In this document: positions 40,751 to 56,627 of the stretch, one piece after another
Position numbering within the stretch: the first letter of the stretch is position 1
Layout of the letters: each line of letters begins with the position of its first letter
DNA from: Eledone cirrhosa
Lineage: Eukaryota
Length of the DNA stretch: 64,000 bases
NCBI GenBank assembly: GCA_964016885.1
Contig: OZ024756.1
Span: 31,496,001 to 31,560,000 of the forward strand
Direction: 5' to 3'
Notes under the pieces: generated by a model
Told to the model about the DNA's origin: nothing
The model's database searches: none
Seen by the model: the letters and a program-made list of their open reading frames with translations, nothing else
Made by a program: the position numbers and the translations under genes

Positions 40751-41040
40751 CAGTCATGGGAAACCTGCGGCCCGCGAAGCTTTCTGAATGGCTCACCTAA
40801 GTCACCTAAATGAAATCTTTCTGATTTTTTACCTCAACTTTTCAGTCGTAATTTATCTTTCTATCATTTTTACGATCGAGGAAAACAACGAGTACGAATT
40901 CTGAAGAAACAAATCAAAACAACATGAGTTACCGTCCTTTTTTTTAATGTGGGCACGAATGTAAATTAGCGCTTGCAGTCCTCCTGATGATGAACCATAT
41001 CTCATGCGGCCCGCTTCTCGAAAAAGATTGCCCAAGCCTG
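40751..41040. mobile_element. hAT (Charlie-like) MITE
   Basis: Termini CAGTCATGGGAAACC / GATTGCCCAAGCCTG; subterminal TGCGGCCCG at both ends; degenerate 8-bp TSD GTATAGAG/GTATAGTC. Confidence 0.75.
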
Positions 41041-41294
41041 GTATAGTCACTGCCTCTATTTCTCTCGCTCTCCCAATCTCTCGCTATTATAATCAAATGG
41101 GGGACCTATATTACCAAATATGTCATCCCTTTCTTAAGATTCAAAACGAGAATATTTTCTTAGTGACAGGCGAGAGAAAAACACGAACAAGCGAAGCGTG
41201 ACGAGAGTAACGAGCGCAGAAAGATGGAACTCTATAGATAATGAACACAACCGCATATCCCTTACCATCCTCCGGGGAAACGTCTCCATTCTGT

Positions 41295-41832
41295 CCACCG
41301 GGCCTGAGGGGAGGCCAGCACGTGGGACCCCATTTGCTCACCTACAGAGAGATGGGGAGAGCGAGAGAGATGGAGGCGGTGACAGTGGGTGTTCGGCTCT
41401 TCCACGTTCGGACCATATCCTTGTGGTTGTGTTCATCAAGCCCTAGTGCTGTAATGTAAAAATATGTAAAAATACCTCTTCTTCCAAACTGATTGATCAA
41501 CTGTGATGGCTGATTGGCAGTATCGGTAGAGGGTCGAACGCCATGCTTTACAGTATAGAGTTATGACCCTTTACGATCTGAGTTCAAATCGCGCCGAGGT
41601 TAACTTTGCCTTTCATCCTTACGGTGTCGATAAAATAAAGTACCAGTAATGCACTGAGATAATTGCTGGCCTTGTGCCAAAAGTAGAAACAATTATTTTA
41701 CACTACAAGGATATGATCCGAACGTGGAAGAGCCGAACTCCCAGTGTCATCGCCTCAATCTCTCTCACCCTCCCCATCTCTTTGTATTGTGAGCAAATGG
41801 AGTCCTACGTGCTGGTCTCTCCACAGCCCCGG
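41295..41832. repeat. ~130-bp inverted repeat pair (41295-41427 / 41701-41832) enclosing a SINE
   Basis: GTTCGGCTCTTCCACGTTCGGA.CATATCCTTGT versus ACAAGGATATGATCCGAACGTGGAAGAGCCGAAC; a third partial copy at 41044-41106. Confidence 0.7.
41508..41696 (+). mobile_element. Meta-domain SINE, full length
   Basis: Head, B box, Meta core and 3' end. Confidence 0.87.
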
Positions 41833-42275
41833 CGTGTAATAAAGGTTGAGAAGTGTGGTGTAATGTAACATGATTTAAGCGGCATTTAACGGCTACTTCT
41901 AACCTGTCGATAAGCCACAGTACGGGCTTTTTAGTCAATACGTTCAACTCTTGAGAAAACATGAAAACATGTCTAATTAATAGAATATGTTTTCCAAACT
42001 GTTTTCAAGCTCTTTCACTCAAAATATATATTTTAAATAAACACGTAAAAATATATTCGATCCGTTTGAAAATAGAATTAAATAAAAACCTCATATGAAA
42101 TTGCCGATTGCCACAAATATTTAATCGTTTGATTTGTGAATATAATTAAATTCTAACATTAAAATCGAAATCTTTTGGCTTGCTGAAAATATATTAACTT
42201 AGAAATCATTGTTTAATATTAAATATAAACATGTATATATATATGTGTAGTGTTTGTGTATGTAAGTATGTATGA

Positions 42276-42349
<74 letters not shown>

Positions 42350-42414
42350 GTATCTGTTTGTGTGTATGTATGCATATATATATATATATATATGCATCTG
42401 TTTGTGTGTATGTA

Positions 42415-42476
<62 letters not shown>

Positions 42477-42866
42477 TCTGTTTGTGTGTATGTATGCATA
42501 AATATATATATATATATGTATATATGTGTTTGTGTGTATGTTTTATGTATGTATGTTTTCATGTATGTGCGTATGTTTGTATGTATATATCTATGTGTGT
42601 ATGTATATATCCATGTGTGTATGTTTGTATGTATATATATATGTGCGTATACGTATGTATGTCTGTAACTATGTATGTATATGTGTGTTCGTGTGTATAT
42701 TTGTCTCTGACGGCATGCTGATGCATATATATGTATATTTTTGTGTGTCAATATACACAGCTATATAGATAAAATGGATGGATATATAATATTTATTACA
42801 AGTCCCACTGTTTTGCACATTTAGATGTTTATAGAAATACATTAATAATAGGTTACGGAGAAAAAT

Positions 42867-42897
<31 letters not shown>

Positions 42898-43042
42898 AAT
42901 ATACATATATATGTGTGTGTATATATATATACATAATAATACATTAATAATAGGTTATGCAGAAAAACTCATCAATTATATATATATATATGCGTTTATA
43001 CATGCAAATATACATATATATGTGTGTATGTGTGTGTGTGTA

Positions 43043-43111
<69 letters not shown>

Positions 43112-43162
43112 ATATACATACATACATACATACATACATACATACATACATACATACATACA

Positions 43163-43194
<32 letters not shown>

Positions 43195-43228
43195 CATATA
43201 CATTATATATACATATATATACATATAC

Positions 43229-43334
<106 letters not shown>

Positions 43335-43792
43335 GAGGGGGGGATTGACTTTCCTCTCCGCACAATATTTTAACCTTGTGCCAAAGTTAGAAGACATTAA
43401 TAATAATGTTAGAAATTATACAAAATATGAGAAATATTACTATTTAATTATATTAATTAAGGTGATATTAATAAAAAATGGTGGATATCGAATATGGTTT
43501 TATTCATGTAACAATGACTCTGTCAAATGTCTTAATATGAATTAATTAAACAAAATTTCAAACTAATTAGTTAATTAACAGCAATATCGAATATAATAGG
43601 TTCAGTAAGAAAATTCAAAAACTGTTAAGAACATTATATTTTATCAGATGTAGACATTTTCATATACGTACACACATGTATGTATATATATATATATATA
43701 TGCATGTGTATATATATATATATATACGTACGTGCGTACATACATACAGACAGACAGACATATATGCGCACATACCTGCACACATACATAGT

Positions 43793-43860
<68 letters not shown>

Positions 43861-43863
<3 letters not shown>

Positions 43864-44058
43864 CAAAGGAATTGTGGTAAGGAACCAGATGGACCATAAC
43901 ACACCTGAGTACCCAATACTTAGGGTAGTAGAATGGGAAATAGGAAAAAGTATGACTCCGACGGCAGAGCTCAAGCCGTTTCGACGGCTATTTCTGGACT
44001 CAAAAGTCCAGAAATAGCCGTTGAAACGGCTTGAGCTCTGCCGTCGGGGGTCATACTT

Positions 44059-44062
<4 letters not shown>
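43861..44062. mobile_element. Fold-back half-hammerhead element in (TA)n
   Basis: Hairpin centred on CTGGACT-CAAA-AGTCCAG; homologous to 36298-36497. Confidence 0.7.
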
Positions 44063-44095
<33 letters not shown>

Positions 44096-44100
44096 GATAC

Positions 44101-44152
<52 letters not shown>

Positions 44153-44479
44153 CGTATCATTTCATGTCACTTTGAAAGAAGTATTTCAATGAAGTGCGTA
44201 AAATATCGGGGTTTCCAAATGGAAGAGAAGGAAATTGTTGTAAAAGCATTTACTATACGCACGAACAAATACAAATTGACACAACACTCACAGACGTACA
44301 CACATATATTAGCTGGTTGTGTGTGCTTGTGGGTGTGAGAGTTTGTGTGTGTATGTGTGTGCATGTCTGCCGGTGTGTGTGTGGGTGTATTAATATGAAT
44401 ATATAGACAAACTAAGAAAAGAAATTAACCACAGCTAAAAAAAAAAATTGAAACGAAATCGTGTATTACAAGATAAATA

Positions 44480-44553
44480 TAATTGTTTCTACTTTAGGCA
44501 CAAGTCCAGCAAATCACCCAGTGCATTACTGGTACTTTATTTTATCGACCCCG
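44480..44553 (-). mobile_element. Meta-domain SINE 3' part, cut by the assembly gap
   Basis: 3' end and part of the Meta core, then N run. Confidence 0.75.
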
Positions 44554-44753
44554 NNNNNNNNNNNNNNNNNNNNNNNNNNNNNNNNNNNNNNNNNNNNNNN
44601 NNNNNNNNNNNNNNNNNNNNNNNNNNNNNNNNNNNNNNNNNNNNNNNNNNNNNNNNNNNNNNNNNNNNNNNNNNNNNNNNNNNNNNNNNNNNNNNNNNNN
44701 NNNNNNNNNNNNNNNNNNNNNNNNNNNNNNNNNNNNNNNNNNNNNNNNNNNNN
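44554..44753. other. Assembly gap (200 N)
   Basis: Run of N. Confidence 1.
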
Positions 44754-45154
44754 AACGAGACGCGGCATTCATTTGTTCGACACTCCAATAATCTGATAAT
44801 AGAAAACAAAACACGTGAGAACAATACAGAAAACTTCAAATAAAAATATTTAATGGAGAAGAGGAATTTTTGAATGATGAGAAAGATAGAACAAAGGAAA
44901 CAATTTGGAATATTCTAAAGAACGTCAGATTTCTAAGGAATTACTGTAAACAAATGGAAATATCATTACTTATTGCAGTGAACAGGGTTTCAATAATGGC
45001 TGCTGTTGTTTTCAATAATTATGTTTTGATATTGAAGAAATATTCTTTAGTTCTATACAAGACCTTGTGTTTCGTTGATTGTATATGTGTGTACATATGT
45101 ATATGTGTAAATGCATTAAAACGTTCGTATGTACTTATGTAATATAAACATGTG

Positions 45155-45207
<53 letters not shown>

Positions 45208-45248
45208 GTGTATGTATATATGTATGTATATATATACATATATGTATA

Positions 45249-45303
<55 letters not shown>

Positions 45304-45510
45304 CCTATATATATATACATCTATATACATATATATACATATATATATATACTTATATATATATATATATATATACTTATATATATATATATATATGTTT
45401 ATATATACACATATACGCACACATATATGTATATATGGTTCGTGCATACATTCACACCTTCATATACACACATATATATATGCATATATATATATGCATA
45501 TTTATAGATA

Positions 45511-45585
<75 letters not shown>

Positions 45586-46376
45586 GTGTATGTATTATAA
45601 TAATTTCCATTTATTACAATGCTCTATTGTAAAGATGATGTATTATATCATATACACCAATTGACAATTATAACGAGTTATGTAGAGTTTGTTAAAATAC
45701 ATCAACAAATACAATATACATTATTTGATTCATGTATGATGTATTGTTTCATATATACATATATATATAATAATATACATATGTGTATATATATATATAT
45801 ATACGTATATACACATATATATACATATATATCTGTCTCTCTCTATCTCTATCTATCTCTCTCTCTCTCTCTCATCTGTCTCTCTCTCTCGCTCTATCTC
45901 TCTCTAAATCTCTCTCCCCACTCTCTCTCTCTCTCTCTCTCTCATCTGTCTCTCTCTCTCTCTCTATCTCTCTCTAAATCTCTCTCCCCCTCTCTCTCTC
46001 TCTCTCTCTCTGTTTATGTGTGTATATATGCTTACGTGTGCATATGCTTATGTATATATGCTTACGTCTGTATGTAGAGAGAGAGTGAGAAAAGAGGTAA
46101 AGTGGGGAGCAAAAGATTGATTCATGAATTACATTTAAACACTGAACAGCTTTTAAATGATCGATTGTCCCATCGCCGAACGCGTAAAGTGTTGTTTTTT
46201 AATCAGCAAACAAATACACACACACACTTATATATACGTAGGTGTGTTTGCGTGTGTTTTTGCGTATGTGCGTGTGCCTTTCTGTTTGTGTCCGTGTGCC
46301 TGTGTGCGTGCGTGCGTTTGTGCGTACATACACATTTGTAAATATTTTTAAATATATGTGTATATATATATATATT

Positions 46377-46416
<40 letters not shown>

Positions 46417-46466
46417 TATATATACATTTTATATGAATAGATGTACATGTACATGTAGATATGTAT

Positions 46467-46504
<38 letters not shown>

Positions 46505-46620
46505 TACTCAAATTAAATATATATTTATTAATTACATATTATATATAGTTCATATAAATATATATATATGTGTGTGTGTTTGTGTAAATATATACATATA
46601 TAAATATGAATATATATATA

Positions 46621-46672
<52 letters not shown>

Positions 46673-46746
46673 GAATAATCGAGTATCGAAAAATCGGCGC
46701 ACGAGTTCACGATAAACAAAATTCGAGATGATCGGCAGAGGGCTCT

Positions 46747-46823
<77 letters not shown>

Positions 46824-47230
46824 TATATTATAGATATGTTGAGTTCTTTCTATCCAGAATTATAGAGAATCGGTATTCTGGGTTGAAAAGATTGAAGATA
46901 GAGGTTAGTGTAAGGTATGAGATGGTTGGACGCAATATGGGTGATTTGAGAAAGATAGAGGTGTATATCGGAAATGCTTGAGTGAATGTACTACTGGGTT
47001 TGTGTATTTGTATGGTCCCGTAACTCGTAATGGAGTCGTAGGGGCGCCATATTGACATACTGCGTTTCTTGCGTATTTTAAGCCTGGCAGAGACCAACCT
47101 TCCCCAGGCCTGAGTATAGCAGATTTCTTCCAGGGAAAGATAGAACGTGAGAGAGAGGAAATGAGAAAGATATATATAGAGGGAGAATCGACCCCAGTAC
47201 TAGACTGGTACTATATATATACATATATAT

Positions 47231-47272
<42 letters not shown>

Positions 47273-47320
47273 TAAAATAACAGATTAAAGTTTAAGCAAA
47301 GAATCGCTGCTTTCACCCTT

Positions 47321-47357
<37 letters not shown>

Positions 47358-47359
<2 letters not shown>

Positions 47360-47450
47360 CGAAGGAAATGTGGTAAGGAACCAGATGGACCATAACGCAC
47401 CAAAGTACTCAATATTTAGGGTAGTAGAGTGGGTAATAGGAACAAGTTCC
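47358..47450 (-). mobile_element. 3' fragment of the half-hammerhead family in (TA)n
   Basis: AACGAAGGAAATGTGGTAAGGAACCAGATGGACCATAACGCACCAAAGTACTCAATA is the reverse complement of about 36440-36497. Confidence 0.7.
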
Positions 47451-47496
47451 TATATATATATATATATAGAGAGGAGAGAGAGAGGGGGGGTGGAGA

Positions 47497-47587
<91 letters not shown>

Positions 47588-47627
47588 AAGTGTGAGAGAA
47601 GAAATGAGAAAGAGATATAGAGGAAGA

Positions 47628-47790
47628 ATCGATCCCAGTACTAGACTGCTACTTTTTTTATTGACCTCAAAGAGATGAAAGGCAAAGTTGATCTAGGGGG
47701 GATTTGAACTCTGAGAGAAGAGAGCCGGAACCAATACTATAAAGCATTCTATCCAACGTTCTAACGACTCTTCCAATTCGCTGCCTACTC
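47628..47790 (-). mobile_element. Diverged Meta-domain SINE subfamily, ending in (TC)n
   Basis: Degenerate GAGTTCAAATCC and CTTTGCCTTTCATC; 3' tail differs from the main family. Confidence 0.6.
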
Positions 47791-48495
47791 CTGGGTACAC
47801 CAATAGATTTGGGGCAACACTGTATGTAACAGACAGTTGTAAACACGTTGTCTTTCTATAGAATAGAATTGTCTTTATATATAATAGCATGACACAAAAC
47901 TCTATTAAAACACCAGTCATGTATTACTATGAAAAGTTCAAGAATAATCAGTCTTAAGTATATTGATCGTATTCCAGCTAACAATATATATATATAAAAA
48001 TATATTCCAACGGAGAACAATATATCTTTATCAAGTTGGTGCTAAATAAAGTGACAGATAATATACTACACCAAGGATCTTTCTATCTCCACCTGATCAG
48101 ATAAAAAAAAAATTTATCTTCTAGAAATTTGAATATAAAACTAACTTAGCATGGTATCAATCACACAACCCAAAGTCAGAAAGTTTCGGGGTTTTTTTTT
48201 ATTTTTATTGAGGAGGGCGGTTAGATATTTGAAGTATTAGGCAGGCCCATGTAGAATTTGTAATACATACAAAGTTGGTGTGAAATTTAAGGCGCCGCCA
48301 TTCCATGTGTTAGTAGACACAGAGTCAGCTAGGAAATATACGTTCTACCTCATGTGACAATGAAGTCCAAGGACCAGATGTGGAATGTGCGTCCTTCCCT
48401 CGTGTGGTAATAAAATAATAGAGTAATATATATATATATGTGTGTATATATGAATATATATATATGTATATATGTATAGGTGTATATATATATGC

Positions 48496-48525
<30 letters not shown>

Positions 48526-48526
<1 letters not shown>

Positions 48527-48701
48527 ACGAAAGAAATGTGGTAAGGAACCAGGTGGACCATAACACACCAAAGTACTCAATACTTAGGGTAGTAGAGTGG
48601 GTAATATATATATATATATATAGGAACAAGTAAGACCCCGACGGCTGTACAGAATTAGCCGTCGAAACGGCTTGAGCTCAGCCGTCGGGGTCTTACTTGT
48701 T

Positions 48702-48705
<4 letters not shown>
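48526..48705. mobile_element. Collapsed fold-back half-hammerhead element in (TA)n
   Basis: GGAACAAGTAAGACCCCGACGGCTG...CAGCCGTCGGGGTCTTACTTGTTCC inverted ends; 3' fragment at 48526-48605. Confidence 0.7.
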
Positions 48706-48767
<62 letters not shown>

Positions 48768-49188
48768 TATATAGGGCATATATACGTATATATACATATA
48801 CATATATATATACATATATACACACACATATATATATACACATATATATATAAATATGTATACACACACACACACGTACTAAACCCCCCCCCCCCCCCGC
48901 CCATATATATATATATAATATTCAATAATTGGTTAATTTCAGACTGTCTGCTCTGAACGTGATTTTAATCTGCTCCGCACGTAATGTTAATATTGGTTGA
49001 GATACTGTTATGGCGGTATCTCAAGATGTTCACCTTGATCGTGGTCGTGCTATTGTCACCATCATCGTCATCATCATCGTCATCATAGTCGTCATCATCG
49101 TCGCCATTGTCGCCATCATCGTCATCTATATATGTGTATGTGTGGGAGTGTGTGTATGTGTGTATGTGTTTGTATACTCATATGTTCA

Positions 49189-49242
<54 letters not shown>

Positions 49243-49425
49243 TACAAATGGAAGTTCAGTAGAATCGAAGCTCTGGCTGCGGCTAAGCTAACGAATGTAA
49301 TCCGGAATGTGCAGCTAAGCACTCAATAAGGTAGTTTCACCTTAGAGTAATAACATACGTTTAGACAGCTTGACAGATTGAAGACTGTGACCGGTGAGCC
49401 AGCCGCAAGGACCAAAGCAACGAGG

Positions 49426-49509
<84 letters not shown>

Positions 49510-49536
49510 GAGAGAGAGATGATAGATAGATAGATA

Positions 49537-49920
49537 TGTTTCTTTATTAGCCACAGGGGCACAAAAGAAGGGCACAAATACAAAGGGGGAAGTTTACATA
49601 CAATAAAAACGTGTAAAATGTTAACACAAATGCAAATTAAAAAATTAGTCGATTTTTCCCAATAGGGGGAGACAGTTCATATGGGTAACACATACCCCCG
49701 AAATATGTGCAACCCTCATCTACAGGAGTACGAAGAGTTTGTACTCCTTTCCTCTCCTCCTCCTTTTCCTCAACCTACAGGCTGATATAGAGAGAAGGCC
49801 CATTCACTCGGGCCATTCTCGCCACTTTCACCCACCTTTCATAAAACTTGCTGGGGTACAGCACCTCTCTTTCCATCCTGATTCTTCTTCCAAAGTGGTA
49901 TTTGAAAAAAAGAATCAGTT
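49537..49920 (-). mobile_element. 5'-truncated Tx1-like LINE 3' end inserted in (GATA)n
   Basis: Encodes LILFFKYHFGRRIRMEREVLYPSKFYERWVKVARMARVNGPSLYISL*; ends CCCCTGTGGCTAATAAAGAAACA; GATA repeats on both sides. Confidence 0.75.
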
Positions 49921-50003
<83 letters not shown>

Positions 50004-50567
50004 GTATTGCCTGAGTCAATTTCCATATTTCTATACCATACATACCATGCAAAATCATTTCCTCTTTACGGCGATATACTTAAATGAATAAATAATGAAA
50101 ATAAATGAGATAACTTTTACCATAATCACAGAGGAAAAGATAACGATTACAATATGGAACAGTGTACAGTAAAACTGGTGAAAGAATGTTACAAAGAAAA
50201 AATACAAATCCATCTCAAAATATATGTTGAATGTTGAACAGATGGTAGGAATCAATAAACGTTTTATTGGTTATATTATTTATTGTTCTGCGGGAAGAAT
50301 ATATTTTGTTTGTGTTTTGTTTCATTTTATTTTGTTTTTTGTTTGTTTGTTTTTTGTTGTTGTTGTTTTTTTTGTTTTGTTTTGTTTTTTTTTGCTTTTA
50401 CTTTCCTGCTTTTCTTTTGTTTCTGTCAAACTAGGAACTATAGACAAGTTTCATAATTTTTCTTAATAATAATTGTTTCTACTTTATTAAAAGCATATAT
50501 ATAAGTATATGTGTGTTTCCGTGTGTATGTGTATACATATATATATATGTGTGCGTGTGCGTGTGTG

Positions 50568-50622
<55 letters not shown>

Positions 50623-50645
50623 TTATATATATATATGTGTGTGTA

Positions 50646-50676
<31 letters not shown>

Positions 50677-51800
50677 GTGGGTGTGTGGGTGGGTGTGTGG
50701 GTGTGTGGGTGTGTGTGTGTGTGTGTGTGTCTTTGTGTGCGCATGTTCATCTGTGTGTGTTTGTACGTGTGCGTGTGCATGTGTATGTGTTTGTGTTTGA
50801 AAGCGTGCATGTGAGTGTATGTGTGTGTGTGTGTACATATATGTATATGTGCATGTGTGTGTGTGCGTCCATATATGTATATGTGTATATGTGTATATGT
50901 GCATGTGTGTGTGTGTTAGAGAGAGAGAGATCTCCGCGTATTTAAAGTTGTCATGAGTCATTATTATTCATGTGACCTGGCTGTAATCCTCTGATGTCAT
51001 CATCCGTATAATTGGTCTTCTAATTTGTCGTGTTCCCCATCACAACCGTTCATTTGCAACAGGTATCAACTGCTTCTCTTTTAAATATAATCACGTGGGT
51101 GGTCGTTTAACAGCTAATACTGTTGAACATGTAATTATTCACGCGGCTGTTCGGCTCCTGTGTCTACCACATCTGCCTTACAGAAAAGCCGCACATTATC
51201 TGCCACACACATTATTGCGTAGGGAATCGAAACTATTATCTTCTGATCGTTGTGAATCCATTACTCTAAACAATACAGCAAGATAATTAAGTTGGGGAAT
51301 TCAATCTACTGCTTTGCAATTCCACCGCAACCACAACCACACAACCCTGCTCCACCCCATTACATTCTACGCAGAATAAAAAGATATTAAATTACCATTA
51401 ACTCTACCTTTCTTTCTTTGTCAATCTTTTTTCTCGTGTTCCTCCTCTGTTCCCTATCATTCTCTGCCATTGAACACCTTCCAATGTCACAGGATAAATA
51501 TATACACACCGGGAAATATCGAATATATATACATATACACACAGTGAATTATCAAATATATTCACACCATGAAAATGAAATATCGAATATATACACACCA
51601 TGAAATATCAAATTTGATTATTTTTAGCATGAAACTTCTGTTAGCTCTTTAGTTCAGTTGAGATTAAGTTTAGTTCGGTTTAGTTCGGTTTAGTTCGGTT
51701 TAGCGCATCACAAGTTTTTATATCTAATATATTCTTTGTGTTATTAGAGTAACGATTGGTTGTTTCAGTAATGCATATATAATATATGTATATATGTATA

Positions 51801-51907
<107 letters not shown>

Positions 51908-51983
51908 CAGAGAGAGAGAGAAAGATACATATATACGTGTGTATGTGTATAATTATGTACATATATACACATCTATACAATAT

Positions 51984-52132
<149 letters not shown>

Positions 52133-52224
52133 AGGGAGGTACAGTTTAGTTACGGGAAGAAGGAAACCTATACATGTATGTACATTATACGTACATGCAT
52201 GTATTTGCATACATATATATATAT

Positions 52225-52267
<43 letters not shown>

Positions 52268-52303
52268 TACATATATATATACATATATATACATATATAT
52301 ACA

Positions 52304-52335
<32 letters not shown>

Positions 52336-52360
52336 CATATATATACATATATATATATAT

Positions 52361-52412
<52 letters not shown>

Positions 52413-52471
52413 GCACAAATATTCACATCTCACGATTCGTAATGGGATAATGGAAGAAAACAAATCAATTA

Positions 52472-52505
<34 letters not shown>

Positions 52506-52518
52506 ATATATATCTATA

Positions 52519-52593
<75 letters not shown>

Positions 52594-52681
52594 GCATATA
52601 TATATACATAAATATACATACATATATATATATATAAACATATATATATATGTATATACATATATATATATATGTATTTAC

Positions 52682-52714
<33 letters not shown>

Positions 52715-52748
52715 TATATATGATTGTATATATACATATATATATTTA

Positions 52749-52835
<87 letters not shown>

Positions 52836-52848
52836 TATATATGTATAT

Positions 52849-52927
<79 letters not shown>

Positions 52928-53492
52928 CATATATATTTATATATATATATACATATATACATTTATCTATCTCTTTATATTTCTAGGTTTTCGCTGTATT
53001 GGGATCAATCGTATTATGATTTACCTAGAACGAAATATCTGATTTTATATTCCTTCAAAGCCCACCATATCCATCTTAATTGAAAAATCTATGATTTAAT
53101 AGTTTAACCGAAATATGGATCAAGAGCGTAAAGCTCGCTGTTCGCCATATTACTTTTATTACGCTAAACATTCTTAAAAGCCATCTACCATACGAGAGTT
53201 GGCTTGTATTTATTAAGTTTTACTAACTAAATTATGGCGTCCAAACCAATCCAATCCAATCACACGTTCCTTTATCTTTTACTACACAAATACACACTCA
53301 CTCTCTTCTCTTTCTCTCTTTCTCTCTTTCTCTCTTTCTCTCTTTCTCACTCTCTCTCCCTCTTTCTCTCTCGCACTCATACAAACTCACAAACACACAC
53401 AAACTCACGCAAACATGCATACACTCTCTCACTCACACACAATCATACATTTAGGTATATATATATATATATATACATATATTGTATATATA

Positions 53493-53530
<38 letters not shown>

Positions 53531-53721
53531 TATATTGTATATATATATTTATATATATATAAAATGTCAAACAAGAAACAAACGCAGAAGTCAATGGTAC
53601 ATGGTGTTATTAGCTTCACGCTTAGTGAGTTATATATATATATATACACACACATATATATATATGTGTGTCTGTATGTGTATACATATATATATACACA
53701 TACATATATGCATATATGTGT

Positions 53722-53754
<33 letters not shown>

Positions 53755-54203
53755 AACACACCCACACATATATATATATATACATACATACATACCGTAC
53801 ATACATACATACACAGCCACACATATACATACATACATACATACATACATACATACATACATACATACATACATACATACATACATACATACATCATAGA
53901 TATATCATCCTCATTACAATACAGTTGTTACCCTAGATATTCAATAATCAATGACCAATCAATCCCTATTATATTCCATCTGACCCAGTCAATGACATGT
54001 AAGACACTAAAACACCAACAGAGCTCTGCAATGTAATTCTTACAAACCAGATCTCCTCCTTCTTCTTCTCCCTCGACTCCTTCTTCTTCTCCTTTGACTT
54101 TTTATTCTTCTCCTTCGACTTCTTCTTCCCCTGTGATTTCTTCTACTTTTACTTCTTCTTCTTCTTATTATTATCATTATTATTATTATTATTATTATTA
54201 TTG

Positions 54204-54390
54204 TGGATTGGCAGTATCGGTAGAGGGTCGGACGCCATGCTTTGCAGCAAAGAGTTACGGCCCTTTATGATCTGAGTTCAAATCCCGCAGAGGTTAACTT
54301 TGCCTTTCATCCTTACGGGGTCGATAAAATAAAGTACCAGTAATACACTGGGATAATTGCTGGCCCTGTGCCAAAAGTAGAAACAATTAT
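54204..54390 (+). mobile_element. Meta-domain SINE, full length, in (ATT)n
   Basis: ATT repeats on both sides; head, B box and Meta core. Confidence 0.88.
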
Positions 54391-54393
54391 TAA

Positions 54394-54426
<33 letters not shown>

Positions 54427-54501
54427 GCACACATACTCAAACACATGGACTCGCTCTCACATACACAGACGCACACACATACACACACACATACACATAT
54501 A

Positions 54502-54562
<61 letters not shown>

Positions 54563-54625
54563 AAATGCATTATTTCGTCTTCTTCCTCTTCTTTTTTTCT
54601 TCTTCTTGTCCTTCCTCTCCTCTTC

Positions 54626-54752
<127 letters not shown>

Positions 54753-55194
54753 CACTACTACTACTACTACCACTACTACTACTACCACTACTACTACAAC
54801 CACTACTACTACTAATACTACTGCTGCTGCCTCTTCTATTTCTTCTATTTCTTCATCTTCTTTCTTTCATCATCCTTTAACCACCCCCACCCCTCCTACT
54901 GTTCGTATTTTTATTTTTCCTGTCTGACATCTTATGTTTTTACATTTTTTTCCTTTGATTATTACACAACATGGATTGTGTGGTTGTTGTTGTTGTTTTT
55001 ATTGTTGCTGTTGTTGTTATTGTTGTTGTTGTTGTTGCTGGTGCTGTTGTTATTGTTGTTCGTGTTGTTGTTGTTATTGTTGTTGCTGTTGTTATTGTTG
55101 TTGCCGTTTTTGTTGGTTTTGTTGTTGTTGTTTTTGCTTTTTTCGTTGATGTTATTGTTGTTGTTGTTGTTGTTGTTTTTATTGTAGCCGTTGC

Positions 55195-55229
<35 letters not shown>

Positions 55230-55579
55230 TTATTGTAGCTGTTGCTGTTGTTGTTGTTTTTATTGTAGCTGTTGCTGTTGTTGTTGTTGCTGTTGTTGTT
55301 TTTATTGTAGCTGTTGCTGTTGTTGTTGTTGCTGTTGTTATTGTTGTTGTTGCCATTGTTGTTGTTGTTGCCGCTGTTGTTGTTATTGTTGTTCTTGTTG
55401 TTGTTGTTGTATTTTTTATTGTTGTTGATGTTGTTGTTGTTGTGGCTGCTGCTGCTGTCGCTCCTTTACTGTCCACATTGCAAATAAGGAAGAAGCTAAA
55501 GAAGATATTGATACTTTCAAAAGGTTAATATATGTGTGTGTGTGTGTGTGTATGTATGTGTGTGTATTATACATATTCG

Positions 55580-55604
<25 letters not shown>

Positions 55605-55610
<6 letters not shown>

Positions 55611-55684
55611 GGGAAGAAGGAAACCTATATAGACGTACATTGTACGTTCATGTATGTATGTATGTGTATGTATGTATGTGTATG

Positions 55685-55722
<38 letters not shown>

Positions 55723-55770
55723 CACACACATATGTATATATATATTTATATATATATATACACACATACA

Positions 55771-55803
<33 letters not shown>

Positions 55804-55868
55804 TTGTATATACATACATGTATGTACAATGTACGTGTGTATAGATTTCCTTCTTCCCCTAACTAAAC
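55605..55868. repeat. Inverted pair of a short dispersed element enclosing TA/CATA repeats (third copy at 52143-52200)
   Basis: TAGTTAGGGGAAGAAGGAAACCTATA versus TATAGATTTCCTTCTTCCCCTAACTA. Confidence 0.7.
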
Positions 55869-56627
55869 TGATTCCACTACGTTATCTACACACAGGCAGT
55901 ACTATAAGGATGTGGGATATAACATATATTATTATTTTAGTCTTTCATGCTATACTATGCAATATTATACTGAACGATATCAAACCGGGGTTTCAATTAT
56001 CGTGTTGCGTTCGTATGTGGAGTGGAGATGTGTGTGTGTGTGGGGGGGGGGGGGGGGGTATGTGTGTGTGTTGTGTGTGTGTGGTGTGTTGTATGTGTGT
56101 GTGGTATGTGGTTTATGTGCGTGTGAGGTCGTGTATGTATGTATGGGTGTAGGGTAAGGATGTGTGGAACGGTGAATGTGTGTGTGGAGCGGTGTATGTG
56201 TGTGTAAGGCCATGTGTGTGTGTGTGGTGTGTTGGTGTATGTGTGTGTATGGAGTGGTGTATATGTGTGTGTGAGACCAAGTATATATGTGTGTGGAGTG
56301 GGGGTGCGTGTGTGGTGTGTTGGTGTGTGTGTGGAGTGGGGGTGCGTGTTGCGTGTGTGGTGTGATGGAGCGGTGTATGTGTGTGTGAGGCCATGTATGT
56401 GTATATATATAGGGATGTGTGTGTGGCCGTGTATGTGTGTGTAGGGTAGGAATATGTGTGGTGCGGTGTATGTGTATAGCGTATATGTGTGTGTATGTTT
56501 ATGTGGTGTGTGTGTATGTGTTTGGTTTTATTAGTATGTCCTTTTGGTTGCTATGTGTGTGTGTTTATTGCTATCATGCTTTTATCTTATTAATTAATTT
56601 TTTCTTTGTGTTATTATTATTATTATT

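Noticed and set aside
44448-44843. ORFs containing runs of X
   Set aside because: They span the 200-N assembly gap.
46828-47140. 89-aa ORF in unique sequence as a host exon
   Set aside because: No recognisable motif or splice context; cannot be supported without a homology search.
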